Source of the DNA: Lobosporangium transversale
Lineage: Eukaryota
Assembly: GCF_002105155.1 (NCBI RefSeq)
Contig: NW_019028982.1
Location: forward strand, 1,178,001 to 1,242,000
Direction of reading: 5' to 3'
Length of the DNA stretch: 64,000 nt
Shown here: positions 35,591-48,687 of the stretch, piece by piece
Position numbering within the stretch: position 1 is the first letter of the stretch
How the letters are laid out: every line of letters starts with the position of its first letter
The notes under the pieces: generated by a model
Told to the model about the DNA's origin: nothing
Database searches by the model: none
What the model saw: the letters and a program-made list of their open reading frames with translations, nothing else
Translations under genes and position numbers: made by a program

Positions 35591-35730
35591 AGGCTCGGGA
35601 CCAAACTTGAGATTTTAGGGGGTCAACTTCTAGCGGCATATTTCGACTTAGAAAAAAAAAAAAAAAGGCCATTTCCCCGCCGTTTGTACGATGTTGACCC
35701 CTTCTAAAATCTCAAGTTTGGTCCCAGCCT
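35591..35730. mobile_element. MITE-like element (~140 bp) with ~37-bp imperfect terminal inverted repeats
   Basis: AGGCTCGGGACCAAACTTGAGATTTTAGGGGGTCAAC at 35591 pairs with GTTGACCCCTTCTAAAATCTCAAGTTTGGTCCCAGCCT ending at 35730. No matching TSD seen. Confidence 0.7.
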
Positions 35731-36508
35731 GTCAGTGAGCGTTAGTGCAATGCACATAAGTACAAGCTGGTGACGAGCCTATATGTGTACCTGAACTTCG
35801 TCCTTAACAAAACTTGACAACCTTAATCGTCAAATAAGCCACCACATGGTTGTAGCGGGTCCGGATCCTCAGTAGGACTCAGGAAGGCTCCATGAATTCC
35901 TTGTAAATAATTAAATACATTGACGATCCTTTGATACCGCTGTATACCGTTCTCTTTATCTGGCCTCATACTGTCCTCACAGTCCTGATCGCCTTTATGA
36001 TCTGGAGCTATTATTGGCAATGGGACGGCTTCTTAGGAAATTGTTCCTGCGATTATCCCATCATGAAGCTCAGCAGAGACCTCTTGAGCAGTATTTTCTA
36101 AGAAATCTCAATGATGCGACGAAGACAAAGTAAGACAGGAATATACATGTATATAGATATATAAACGCATTTCATTCGAATTAAAGAGGTTCAAGATTAT
36201 TTTTAATTAAATATCAAAACAGGGAGAGTTTTGTGTTTACTGTGACCACCTACTCTAACCAAAAAAGGAATGACCACGATTGAGCTACTGCATGCATCCT
36301 CCTGAACACTGTGCATGGCGAATATAAAGGAGGGGGAAGATCAACGCCAATATGTTGGTTGTTTGATTGTTTCCCTAAACCCTATAATACATACACCTCA
36401 ATTGTTTTTTTTTTCTAATCCCACTCACTCGTGAATAACACTATTATTACGCCACGTTCATCGCCCAACATCCACAAGTCATACATTCCGACACAAGCCC
36501 AGGCGCAA

Positions 36509-37747
36509 ATGCAAGCACAAAAGAGGATTTGTCCTTTTGAACTTCCTGAAATTTATTTCCATATTGCCTATTACCTCACTAGTGCTGAGCTTGCCTTATG
36601 CTCACGCGTCTGTAAGAGTTGGTGCCATGCGTTCATACCGATCTTGTGGGAGAATGTTCGCGTTTGTTCATCCAACTCTCAAGGAGACTCCCTCCCGGTT
36701 CCACCTTGGAATGCTCTCCATCGGTACTCAGCTCTTATTCGTACTATGGAGCTCCGTAACGATTTTCCTGGACTGTATGACCTAGAGTTCCCTTCAATCC
36801 AAAAATTGACGGTCGAAAGCACTCGAGTCGTTCCCTTCGGAGATACCGAACTCGAGTTTTACCGTGACCCTGTAGGCCTCATTGTCCGAAATCATTCATT
36901 GCTGCAACTCAATCTCTATCGAATGCCTGAGCTGTATCTACGTCAGGGACTATGGCTCAGGCTGGCTAATCAATTCGATCATCTTAGGGAACCTTACATA
37001 TATGGCGGAAAGCTTCCTTCAGGTAGTGTAGGGGTTTTTTGGCGAGCATGCTCCAGACTTGAAAAGCTCGAGCTACGGCTCCTAGAATTCCCGCGAAACG
37101 AGGGTATTCCATATGATTTGGTACTATTCCCTCAAATGCGCGTTCTCGTATTGCATATGGTCAAGATTTCGGAAGATATAGTCACTCGATGTCCGGGCCT
37201 GTCTGATCTCACTTGGAACGATATTGAGCCTCTGCCGTTGTTTCAAGACGTAGGTTTTCATCAATTACTACTAGTTGAAAGAGGAGGAGGAATATTTTGG
37301 TCGAGTATGAAGAATGTGTGCCTAGGATATCTTGTGTCTGACCGACAAATTGCTGCGCTACTAAATGCGATGCAACAGGCAAAGTCACTCAATTTCCCCG
37401 CCACATCCTTCGGATCCTTTGCATTTCAAGCACTTGCCATCAAACATTTCGGTTCATTGAAGGATATTGACTTGCAGGGATGCGACAGTGTAGGGAGCCC
37501 GATGTTGTGTGAAATCCTCTGTTCATGTCCCATGCTGGAGGAACTCAAAGGGGATTGGATCATCGCCAAAGATGTTATGCAGAATAAGCCGTGGGTCTGT
37601 CTCTCGCTGCGGAAGTTAAGTTTGGTCTTTTTGATAGAGCAGTGCAACATTCATATCAAAGTCGTGATACAAGAACGCTTGTATAGTCTACGACAACTAG
37701 AGCAACCGCATCCACAGTTTCGAGTGATCTTATATAATGCACTGTGA
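36509..37747 (+). CDS. F-box / leucine-rich-repeat (RNI-like) protein, ~412 aa
   Basis: Intronless. N-terminal F-box-like PFELPEIYFHIAYYL...CSRVCKSW...PILW; LRR-like CSRLEKLEL, RCPGLSDL, SCPMLEEL, PWVCLSLRKL. First ATG is at 36509. Confidence 0.85.
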   Translation: MQAQKRICPFELPEIYFHIAYYLTSAELALCSRVCKSWCHAFIPILWENVRVCSSNSQGDSLPVPPWNALHRYSALIRTMELRNDFPGLYDLEFPSIQKLTVESTRVVPFGDTELEFYRDPVGLIVRNHSLLQLNLYRMPELYLRQGLWLRLANQFDHLREPYIYGGKLPSGSVGVFWRACSRLEKLELRLLEFPRNEGIPYDLVLFPQMRVLVLHMVKISEDIVTRCPGLSDLTWNDIEPLPLFQDVGFHQLLLVERGGGIFWSSMKNVCLGYLVSDRQIAALLNAMQQAKSLNFPATSFGSFAFQALAIKHFGSLKDIDLQGCDSVGSPMLCEILCSCPMLEELKGDWIIAKDVMQNKPWVCLSLRKLSLVFLIEQCNIHIKVVIQERLYSLRQLEQPHPQFRVILYNAL

Positions 37748-38402
37748 TTTGATTCGATCAATAGATGCAAAATGGCAGATATTTAAATTAATAAATCTGA
37801 GATCCTGTTGTCTCGCGCCTCCCGCGTGATTAAGAGCCCCTACAATGAAAAGACTCCAATATCACAAAGGAAACAAACAGGCCCCTTCTTTCTTCTTCAT
37901 TCATTTAAGTAGTTTAGGACTTCAGGTCGTTTTACTGTGAATTATTACCTTCTTCAATAGTCCATAAAAAACCCAACACTTCTTTTGCTTATTATCATTC
38001 TACGTAAATGATTCACCAACAAGTCCTGTAAGTCGTTGGAGATACTGTTATTCCTCTTTCAAAACAAAGAGACCATGGCAACTAACAAAAAGATTCAAAC
38101 ATAACTGAGATAAGGGCAATTTGTTATGTGTCTTGTCGTATGTGAGGAAAACAGCAGAAACTGAAGACCTGTTTAAATATTTATATATATATATATATAT
38201 TACCTGGGGCAATGTTACATCATTGCATTGACATGTAAAAATTAAATTAATCTACCAAACAGTGAAAGAATGCCCATAATAATAGAATAGTAATAATAAT
38301 AATAAAAATTCTACATTGTCTCTTTTCCTTCAATCCAACCCGACCTTTCATCCTTATTATACTTGTACTCAACATTCTCTTTTCTTTCCTTTTGTCAAGA
38401 AA

Positions 38403-41400
38403 TTACAGACTAAAAGATCCTGAATCTACTCCATTCTGATATCTCAGCACACCCTCCTCCACATCAGGTATACTCGACGCTATGTACATTGCCGATCCAG
38501 CAGCATTAGCAGAAGACAACTTGGAGGACCCCAATCCAGTCGTCGTGTAAGTTGTTTTTGCTGTCGATGTTGTTGCGTTTGCAGCTAATGATTGTTTGGT
38601 AGACGCAGATGAAAACGATGACGAAGACGTTGAGTTTGAGGTGTATGTATCCTCTAAAACCATAAATGCATCCACACCATGGCTCTTTTGGATCTGAACT
38701 TGTGCAGGATCTTTGTTCCCTGGTCCAAAACTTGAGAGAATTAAGCCAGACTCCTTGATATGCGTGATCAGGCTTGGGACTTGTATCTATATATATATAT
38801 ATTTTTTTTTAAAAAAAAAAAAAAGGGAATTTTGGCAAGGAAAACAACATGAATGAGTATGGGAATACAAGGCAAGGTGTCGCTTTTAAGAAAAACTATG
38901 CGAGGATCACGAGGATTTACCAGAGGTGTTGCTTCACATATTACGCCAAGTAGATTATTGCTTCGAGCAAACTTGACGGCTTCCTTGATAGAAGTACATC
39001 TCTTATCATCCTCATGGAACCCTTGATCGGCGATGGTGGCCTCTGCCGATGCTATTGTTGACGAGTCTGCAGCTCTTGGAAGCAATGGTGAACCTACTTT
39101 GCTTGCAGAAATAGATGAAGCACCCGAGGCAACAGAAGCAATAGTTGGCATTGGTGGAGCTGCAGAGCCATGCTTAGGTGAAGGGAGTAACTCTGGATCA
39201 TTAGATCCCTTGCGTTTCTTTCCTTGGCTAGACCCCTCAAGTGTCCGCAAAGCAGCTCGAGCTCTACTTTTGTTGTAACCACAATATGTACTGAAGAACA
39301 CGGCATAATTGGGCTGTTTCCAGTTAAGAGCTGAGCAAATGACGGGATTGAAGGACGAGAACATAAAGCTGCGGTGATGGGTTGCAGAGGATGAGTCATA
39401 TACAGTCTGGAGGATGGTGTCGACAAACTTATTGACCTCGACGCAGTTTGTCAGCCTATAATAGGTCTTTTCAGATAGCGTGGGGTATTTCAATTCTAAG
39501 TTGACGCCGATATGCTTTGGCAAGATCTATTTTATCAAAAGAAGGATTCAAGAGATGGCAAGAAAAGAAAAGAAAGGGATGAGAAATGGGCTTTCTAGAC
39601 GAAACTGTGTTGTTTTTCTGTATTCACTAGGACTTCAATAGATGAAATAACTTTAAGCCCAACTTTACCTTTAACACTTGCTCTAGGCTCATCCAACGCT
39701 CATAGACCTTACGTCGCCACTCACCGCCGCGCCAATTACTAGTTGAACGCATGGCTGCTGTCTCAAATTCCTCAGTTGCAGGCCATTGATGAATCAGCTC
39801 ACCAAACTTCTTAAACTGATTGAATGTCACGTCGGAAACCGCCAGATCAAAGCCTTCTACAGGTAGATACCAATTTGCAAAAACCACAGGTACAAAATCG
39901 CGTGTCATCTGGATGGACAGCTGAATATACTCTCCTGAAAGTGAAGATGCCGTGATAAATGAGGGAATCATATTACCAACTAACAACGATTGTGACGACG
40001 AATGGGGCAATGCTCCTCCAGAAGTTGACATACTAACTGGCATAACCGAAGGTGTGCCAACTTGGGGCGTTGACGTTGCAGAGATAGTAGAATCAATACT
40101 ATTGGTTGATTTCCAGTACGTCTCCACTCTTCCACCTACTTCCAAGCGTACTCCTTGGAAGGGTCTAATCACAGAGTATTCGAATGCCATTTCTCCAACA
40201 ACCTTCAAGTGCGCGTCAAATAATGGTAATACGCACTTGCCCATTGATGACTCTAGAGATGAGAAGATACTAGGTAGAGCAACAGCTCGGCCAATGGCCT
40301 TCGATCCAAATGTGGGGAAAATATCAAACTCAACAGTGAAATGCTCTAGAGAATCGACTTGGAACCCAAAAACCTCTCTATCATCTCCTAAGGGAAGAAT
40401 AACATTATGAGGGATCATTCCATTGTCAGGCCGTGATGAGATGATGAGTTTGAGAGACGAAATCTGAGCAGTTCCATAGAGATGGACAGGGGCTTGATGT
40501 GCTGCTGCTTTATCCTGAAGAGTATGATCTGGGTAATTAGGATGGCCCAAAATGAGGTTAATTTGGTATTTCTTATCCAAGTAGTTGTGACCATAGATCC
40601 TGAAAGGAATAATAGGTGGCGGTAATGACAACGAAGGGATAAAGTCCATATCAAGTTCATCCATGTTAGGACTAGGCAAAGAATCTGATGTTGCCCCGAG
40701 AGCTAACTCAGTAGTTGGTGTCGTGGTGGTGTTCATCATAGTAGCTGTCGTCAATGGCGCAGACGTGTCCATTGCCGTGTCCTCTGAGGAAGTAGATTTG
40801 CCTTCAACTTTTCCACCAGCCTCAACTAAAAGCTCTACACAATCTGCATGCCCCTCGCTTGCTGCGTAGTAGATCGGTGTCTTTCCAAGCTCGTCCACTA
40901 CATTCACATTACACCCAGCTTCCAACAGAATCTTGACACAATCTGCATGGCCTTCGCTTGCTGCATAGAAGAGTGGGGTCCAGCACATGTATTTATCCTC
41001 TTGATCTAAGCGTGCACCACGAGTTGTGAGTGTTTTGGCGAGCCGGGTATGTCCTTCACGACAGGTGATATGAAGAGGTTCCAAGCCATCGGCATTGCAA
41101 GCAATTACATTTGCTCCACGTCCAATAAGCATCATAGCAATATCCTCATGCCCATAATGGCACGCAAGGCTTAGAGGGATTGGATCGCCTTCTTGGCTAG
41201 CCTCAATCTCAGCGTTGTTGGCAAGGAAGATTTCGACGCATTTAGTATGTCCATTCATAATAGAATAAATCAGGGGCCGGAAACCATCATGATCAGTAGC
41301 ATTCATGGAAGCATTCATCGATAAAAGATAAGTCGCACAGTCGGCATGGCCATACATAGAGACATAATGAAGAGGCCGTCTTCCATAAACGTCTGTGCAT

Positions 41401-42861
41401 TCAGGGCTGACACCATTTTCCACTGCCAATTTAAGTAGAGAGAGTCGACCCACCATGGCGGCTTCATGCAAGCAAGTCCTGTCACTGATGTCATCCACAA
41501 ATTTGAAATTTATCAGTCCAGTCTTGACCAGCAGTTGGATGACGCTGTCGGAAGTATTAATCTCTGAACAACATCTCCAAAACACTCGCGAAACAACTTC
41601 TCTCGCGTTTTCTGGCCCAATCTGGTTATTGTTGTTAGAAGTGGCAGCAATAGTCTCTGCGGACACGACATTGTTTTGAAGAGCAGAAGGGGTCGCAAGA
41701 CGTCGCTCAAGGATCTCCTGCACAAGCGATGACTGATTGGTGCTAAGAGCATTGAAGAGATCAGTCTCAAGCTCATCCATTTGTTGTTGTATGGGTGACG
41801 AGAAAGCACCTGTAGGTAAGACCTGCGAGGGTTTAGTGGTAATGGGGCTGGGTGGTGCAGATGACGACCGGCCGTTGCCCTGCTGAATATTTTCAAGCTG
41901 GAGAAGATGATAGGCTGCATTATCGGCAAGCTCAACCATAGCATCCTGATTAAAACATGGCTGTAATTCGACTTGTCGTGACAGATACAGCTCTTTAGTG
42001 CTGGACTTTGAACGCTTGTCCCATTTCTTCAAGATCTTTCGAAATCCAGTTCCATTTGTCTCAACAAATTTCTAGGGTCGATAAAAAAAATAAAAAAAAA
42101 AGCAAAAAAGAGTATGATCTGATTAGTGCTGTTTATGGTCCATCGATAAACTGATCACTCGCAGTAAATGGTGGTGATGAAACTTGAGTTGAGATTATAT
42201 TCCCACCTGGAGTTTGTTAAGATCTTGTTCAAATTGCCTAAAGGCCTCTTTAAGTGAATTGATAGAAGAACTAGTCCCTGGCCGTCCTTGACGCGAGAGG
42301 ATCACCTTTTCCTTATCAATCAAAGAGCGCAGACGAACCTTGAGCTCCGATTCCTTTTGAAGGTAGAACGTATTGACCTAGAAAAAACAGATAAAAGTAT
42401 GTATATATGATACTTGACATATTAATGCTGATCATGTCGAAACAGAATAGTTCGATAGTTCGGTTGGACCAGGTTAAAGTTATGATTTACCTTCTCTAAT
42501 TCACGTTCCAGTTTGAAGAAAAAGGCAGCTTTTTGAGATTGCAAAAACTTGGAGTACTCATCCTCCACGACAACAGGTGCGGATCCAGGAGGTGGTGAAG
42601 CTGCAATGGTTACAGATGTCTGGGCCTTCTCTTGAATAAGCGAATTGATGATCTTTTTCAGACCCTTATAGCTCATGTAGTGATTCTGCCATTCTGTGAT
42701 CTGTTGAAACTGAATCTGCTTTCCGAACTAAAGTAATCCAGTCGTATCAGAAAATAAGAAAAAAAAAAAAAGATGAATGTGAGTGCTTTTGGTATAAGGC
42801 AAAAGAGAAAGGTAGGCGTGAAGAAAGTGAGAGATAGGAGAGAGAGACTGAATACCTTCAT
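38403..42861 (-). CDS. PHO81: Phosphate-responsive CDK inhibitor Pho81/NUC-2 (SPX, ankyrin repeats, inactive GDPD-like domain), ~1268 aa
   Basis: Exons 42861..42856, 42727..42491, 42377..42207, 42071..39669, 39526..38921, 38786..38403 (3807 nt). SPX MKFGK...YKGLKKII...GFRKILKKWDKRSK; ankyrin repeats; LPPPIIPFRIYGHNYLD and LNWKQPNY favour PHO81 over GDE1. Confidence 0.9.
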
Positions 42862-45800
42862 GTTGGGTTATTTAGGAGGAAGTGTTGCAGAGATGTCTGG
42901 AAATGGTGAAAGACCTTGCGTGTGCGACTGAACTGCACGCGAGATGTGAGCACACTTTGCTGGCGTGCGAAAAGCGATCGATCAGAAACAGAAACAAGAA
43001 AAGTAGTAAAGTGAGGGTAAATGCGAACCAAGTTGACAATTAAGAACAACAAAAAAGAAACACTAAGGAATGTAATGTAAAGGGAAGAGTAAAAGTCTTG
43101 GGAGCAGGTTTGGGTCAAGTCAACGACGACAGTGTGCCATTATCACGTCTCTTGTGTGTAACCTGACTCTCGTGCTATTGCTATAATGAACAAGGCCACA
43201 CAATGCAAAAGACACTGGGGGTGGAGGAAAGAAGAAAGTAAAAAAAAAAAAAAAAGAAGAGAGTGATCGGAACAAGAGTAAAGAAGTGAAAAAAGGGACT
43301 ACGGTACATTTAGAGAGGGGAAAAGAAAGAAAATAAAAAGGTATCACAGAAAACAAGAGGCCAGGCACGAGCAAGAACCAGACACGAGGTTACAATGGAC
43401 GGACTAACCGATGTGATGGGACGGGGAATTGTGTTCGTGTGTATGCATGCAATGCAATGTCCAAATTGTCGCTGGGAGGACGAGTGCAAAAGGCGATGGG
43501 AGAGGAGAGGGCCCATTTTTGGGCGAGTCCTTGCGCAACGTGCGCCTTCCACGCTCTCTCAGTGCTCAGAAGCTTTTCTTTTTTTTTTTTTTATTTGTTT
43601 TGTAAAATTTATTTTTTCAGACATCAAAAGTAAAAAAAGCCGTTGCGGATTTTTAGTTTCCGTACTTCTTTTACTTTGAGATTGACCATGATGATGGCGA
43701 TGATTACAATGATGACGGTGATGGTGAATCCAGAGTATGTACATATTTCGCCAAAACACATGTTAAATGTGCCTAAATCCATGTGCGCGACTAGTTTTTC
43801 TTTGATCGTGAGTAGTCGATGTGGGATGTAGTCTCTTGCTTTCCCACTCGTGCATTGGTACACAGACCCGTTTTCTCAAATGACAGGCAAACAAGGGAAA
43901 GCGGAGCTTTTTGCTTTTTCATCAAGGAACAATGACCACGAGGCACATTCGCTTTCGCGAAAGTTTGCAAAATGCTTTGGGAGGTTTTTTTTTTTTTTTT
44001 TTTTTTTCATAGTCGTCTGATCAATTAAGTTAGTGCGCCTATGATCACAAACTGGTGCTCGTTGTCTGACCAACAAGCTATTACCAGCTCTTAATTCAGT
44101 ATTTGGTCCCAGCATTACATCTGTAAAGTTGTACATGTACGAAACACCCAATGAATAGTAGCGTGCCCGTGAAAGAGGAATGTTTACACAGCATTGAGTG
44201 CAATCAGCCAGCGTAACTGACACGAGCAGCATTATATGGTAGCTACAAGCTTCAGTCATCTAACCCATTACTTACGGTATTAGAATCATAGACCTTTCAC
44301 ATAATGAACACATCCCAACGGGAACTGACTTGGCCTCACTGTAATAATCACCTTGGCTTCCCCCCGTAGGAACTTCTGCAGAATACTGTGGCGGTAGTCA
44401 GTAATAGTTGCAGTCCCTGCTGATTTCACCCTTCTACGTCTCGATGCTGTTGCTACATTTTCATGCTTCTATTGTAAGTCATCCATACGTACTGCGATGC
44501 TTTCTCTGTTTGCTGTGTAGAACAGAAAGCCGACTTGAACACCTGCAGAAAAGTGAAAGCTTGAACTCGATAGCCTCGATAGAGCCACCTGATGCGGATT
44601 GAGAAATATCCTTTTGATCTAATGACTAGCGTCTATGCTCTTGCTTTGATTATAGTACGAAGGCCATTGATGGAATTCGATAAAATGACTTTTGTTCACG
44701 CCTAATGATGCGCTTGCTCCTACGAGAAAGGCTTGACCAAGCTCAAATCCCGGATTAGAGACCTTTGAGAAATCACATCTCCAGAACCAATTGATACATT
44801 CTTTGATCCGGATAAAAGTAATCCATTCTCTTAACTCCGTTTGCAACCAGGAGGAGGATCTAGTCTAAAAAGGGTGATTTTTAGACAGTCTTCTGGAGAG
44901 AGCAGCATTCAAGACCTTCAACTTATGCATCATCATGAGTACCAAGTGGTAGCAAATTATTAAAATCGTAGTGTGGATGTTGCAGAGACATAGCAGACAT
45001 AGCTATTCATGCGAACATTGTGATCGGAGCTTGGTTACCTCTTGTCCCAACTTTTATCCACTAATGAAGTGAGAGTATTCCAGAAAGATTCACGGTGTTT
45101 GAAAGCAAAATATGGACTGTCCCGTATATCGCTTTTTGGGTGTGAACATCAAACTCTCTATGACTTTTTAATGAAGGATTCTGTTCTTCCAAAGGATCAT
45201 GGTCACTTCGTGGAACAGATGGATGGCTGGGCGATCCCTGATCCTCAAAACTAAAATCTTAATCCTACATGCATGCATCACCGATGGTTACACGACTCTG
45301 TTGTGTAAGATCGATCATTTTTTTTCTTTGAATTGCTGACGGTGTGGACAAAGTCGATATGACGTGAAGCCTTGAGTTGTGGTCTACTTTCTAATTCAGA
45401 TGGTCAGTCCTTCATCCGCTTATGAAATTTAGCCCATGGCCCCAATGCGATTGTGACTTTCATTCTTAGTCACATCCGAGGCGCTGCACCTGTGTTTTTT
45501 GCAGAGGGTCAAGCTTGTCGCTCTTTTTGGTTAGTCGTTTTCGATTATAAGAATTTTGTTAAGTAAACCATTTATATTTGAAATGTCTAACCAAAAAGCT
45601 TGGTTCTCTGGTTTTTTGTATCGAAGTGTGTGGCATTTAACTAAGCAGACAAATTATGTATTGAATTAGCACAGTTTATAAATATATATTCAGTACTGCA
45701 TGCGGTTGTGCTTAAAACAATTAAAGCATATCAATGGATCAATGGTGATATATAAATCCAAAGCTCACACTTGGGTCCACACTTTTGTTTAGGCACAAAC

Positions 45801-45985
45801 AGGCGCAAAGACCAATCAATGGATCGGTAGCATGTCAATTTAATCTTTAATTGCACATCAAACCTGTTATAAATGTTACTTATTTATTTCGTTGGGATAT
45901 TGCAAAAATAAAAAAAGAGGATAAATATAGTATAGTGTATTGTATTATTATCATTTATTATCGTATATATTCGTTTATCACTGAT

Positions 45986-46852
45986 TTAGGCAGTCTTTTC
46001 TGCAGGTGTGTTCATGTAACGAGGATCCTTCCATGGACCTGGTTCTCCCTTTTGACATCCTCCTTCGCCAGCGCATTCGCAAGTGCCTCCGATGGCCTTG
46101 GGGAGATTCTCAGCATCAATGTCCTCCAACAAAGTTGACTGATAATTGCTTCCTAAGATGACAATCTTCTTAACAGTAACCTCATCCAGCAAGGGCTTCA
46201 CCATACCCCAGACGGAAGTGAACATCATAGGGGCGTTGATGACGTACATCTTACCCATCATCTCAGGATAGTAGTTTTGGGCAATGGCGGAAGTGCGCTT
46301 GATAAATCCAAAAGCATTAGCGAACTGGCGAAGAGAGACACCCTTGAGATCAAGAATAGTGCAGCATTGCTCAATGTGGTGACCGGCACGCTTTGAGCAT
46401 GCAGGCATGCGGTCTGTGATCAGCTTCTCATAGGAGAGAACATGTTGCTTTGTCATGCGCTCTTCATCTGTCACCTTGAACAATGTCTTGATATCAATCA
46501 CACCAATATGCTCGATATAGATAGGACGACCCTTCTTGTCCACATTGTGGTAATAGCGGGGATAGCAGCTGCGGACGACCTCCTCCTCCTCAAAGACAAA
46601 TGTTTCCTTCAATTTATCCACACCAAGCTCCTTTCTCCAGTTTTCGCAGTCGGTGAACATCTTGTTGGTTGCCTCAATGTTGAACTTGCGGGCACGCAAG
46701 AAACGAAGAAGTAGGTGATCATCGTGGCGTTCAGGAACAAAAGTGCCCTGTGCAATAATCAACTTCTTGAACTCTTCCAGAGTAGCCTGCTGCTCTGGAG
46801 TCAAGTTTCCGAGACGACCGGGAAGAATTTCGTGGGTGGTAGGGGCGGACAT
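45986..46852 (-). CDS. SEC14: Sec14 phosphatidylinositol/phosphatidylcholine transfer protein, 288 aa
   Basis: PGRLGNLT, DDHLLLRFLRARKF, YPRYYHNVDKKGRPIYIE, QNYYPEMMGKMYVINAP, VKPLLDEVTVKKI, GPW. Predicted 5'-UTR intron 47101..46854. Confidence 0.95.
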   Translation of the reverse strand: MSAPTTHEILPGRLGNLTPEQQATLEEFKKLIIAQGTFVPERHDDHLLLRFLRARKFNIEATNKMFTDCENWRKELGVDKLKETFVFEEEEVVRSCYPRYYHNVDKKGRPIYIEHIGVIDIKTLFKVTDEERMTKQHVLSYEKLITDRMPACSKRAGHHIEQCCTILDLKGVSLRQFANAFGFIKRTSAIAQNYYPEMMGKMYVINAPMMFTSVWGMVKPLLDEVTVKKIVILGSNYQSTLLEDIDAENLPKAIGGTCECAGEGGCQKGEPGPWKDPRYMNTPAEKTA

Positions 46853-47205
46853 ACTATTGTGTGATATAGTTGATTGACCAATGTTAAAACGAAATTCATA
46901 AAAAGAAAAGCTGATCGATCTCTTCTATTAAACTCAAGGATGAGGAACTTGCAGCAAAGCCCAGGGTGATAAAATATACACAGCCTTGTTGCTCATATCT
47001 ATCCATCAAGCAGCATCAAGATTCTGCTTGAAAGCTACGTTTCCCTACTCTCTTCTGTTTCTGATGAAGCAAGAATAATACGGGAACGGTATATAACTTA
47101 CATGGTGGTGAGGCTACGCTAGCAATGGAATTGGGATCAGAAATGGAGTTCTGCTTGAAATCTTGAAATTGTTCGTTCGTAAGACAAAGAGAGAAAATGA
47201 ATCTC

Positions 47206-47260
47206 TAAGGTAAGGGTGGGTAAGGGTTGGTAAGGGTGGATAAGGCTGGGTAAAGGTGAG
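47206..47260. repeat. Degenerate 10-mer tandem repeat (TAAGGGTGGG-like, 5 copies)
   Basis: taagggtggg taagggttgg taagggtgga taaggctggg taaaggtgag, upstream of SEC14. Confidence 0.75.
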
Positions 47261-48395
47261 AATGAAGGAAGAGAAGAAGAGGAGAGAGAAAGAGAGAATG
47301 GGAGAATGAGAAGAGTAAGGAAAAAGAGAAAGAGATGATGCGACTGATGAGGAAAGACAAAAAAAAAAGGGCAAACTCATTTTATAAATACTTTTTTTTT
47401 TTCTTTTTTTTCTTTTTGGGTCCAACAAATGAGCGTAATAATAATCAACTGGTCCCTTCTATTCATTCTCTTTGCTCTTCGTCGTTGATGCTGACCATCC
47501 GTTGCTCGCTTGCATTGATACCATAATAACCTTCATTTAAACGTTATTTTCTTCCAATTCGGTCGCTGCATGGCATTGTTATTTTTATCTGGTAAAAAAA
47601 GTGCTTTATTTCGAGCACTACTTTTTTGTTTCCACATTTTTGCTCACTACATCCATGCTCGAAATTAATGTTATGGACTCTATTTTATTTTTTATCTTTT
47701 ATTAGTCTACATGTAGTATCAGAGCCGGTGCCTTCATCTCAGTCTTTTCATCATGATTGATATTGCTGTGCAAAGGATCTTTGTCAATTATCCTACGAAG
47801 AATGACAACACTTTTGTTACAACCTTCATCTGTTTCACTCTCTGTTATCATTGTCTGCAAACATAATATCATGATAATGGCTGTAAAGACTTTTTAGCTT
47901 GGGCATGAGGCGGCAAATGGGTGATCATACTCCTTTTTTTTATTTTTTTTATTTTTTTTTTATCTAGGATGACCCCTGGTGAAACCAATGACTATGGAGG
48001 ACGATCAGGCTGGGCTATGTGAAGGGATTACTACATACTTTTGATGGTATGAACCAATCGTGTAATTAACCTAATGCTTCTAATGTTTTTCTTCCTTCAA
48101 AAAAATTTAGACACACGAACTGAAATAGGCCAGAACATGCATCCCACACATATCCAATCAGACCAACAAGATCATTCAATCAGTATTGATTGATAAACAA
48201 AAATTGCCACCACAGCTATTATCCATTGTCTATTTACGCCTGTGACCCGGTAGATGAAAGAGAATGAACAGGGCTCTCTCCGCTCTCAGCGACTCTGTTT
48301 GGAGAGAGAACTCAAGGGAGATGTTACAAACTAGAAGATACATGTATCATACACAGATGAACAGCTTTTATTTTCTCTGCTCTATTTTTTTCAGT

Positions 48396-48433
48396 CCTCT
48401 CAAACCTCCTCTCAAACCTCCTCTCAAACCTCC
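48396..48433. repeat. (CCTCTCAAACCT)x3 tandem repeat
   Basis: Directly visible in the SEC14/eIF4B divergent intergenic region. Confidence 0.85.
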
Positions 48434-48687
48434 TGCTTGCACTTGAGCCGATCAGAGCAGAAAAAATGTGTTGGTGCTGCTTTTTATGTTGGTGGCTGGG
48501 TATATTCACGTGACTGTATTTGCAGACACAAGCCACTTTCATTTGTTTATGTTATAATATATAAAATCCCAGTCTGCATGATAACTATGCATAAAATGCA
48601 GTGTCAGAGGCGGTGTGTCTGGCGTGTGGTCATATAGGCACACTCAAAGCTTGATTTGTCTCTTTCCATCACTCCAATCCACATAAC

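Noticed and set aside
35800..36130. Fragment resembling a DDE transposase motif (FLSP...LQPC)
   Set aside because: Similarity is too short and weak.
38403..42861. GDE1 glycerophosphodiesterase
   Set aside because: Same domain order, but no GHRG catalytic motif is seen, and the PPPIIP..YGHN and LNWKQPN signatures match Pho81/NUC-2.
44260..45260. Possible F-box/LRR pseudogene (LVTSCPN-like fragment)
   Set aside because: Only one weak motif; cannot be supported without an alignment.
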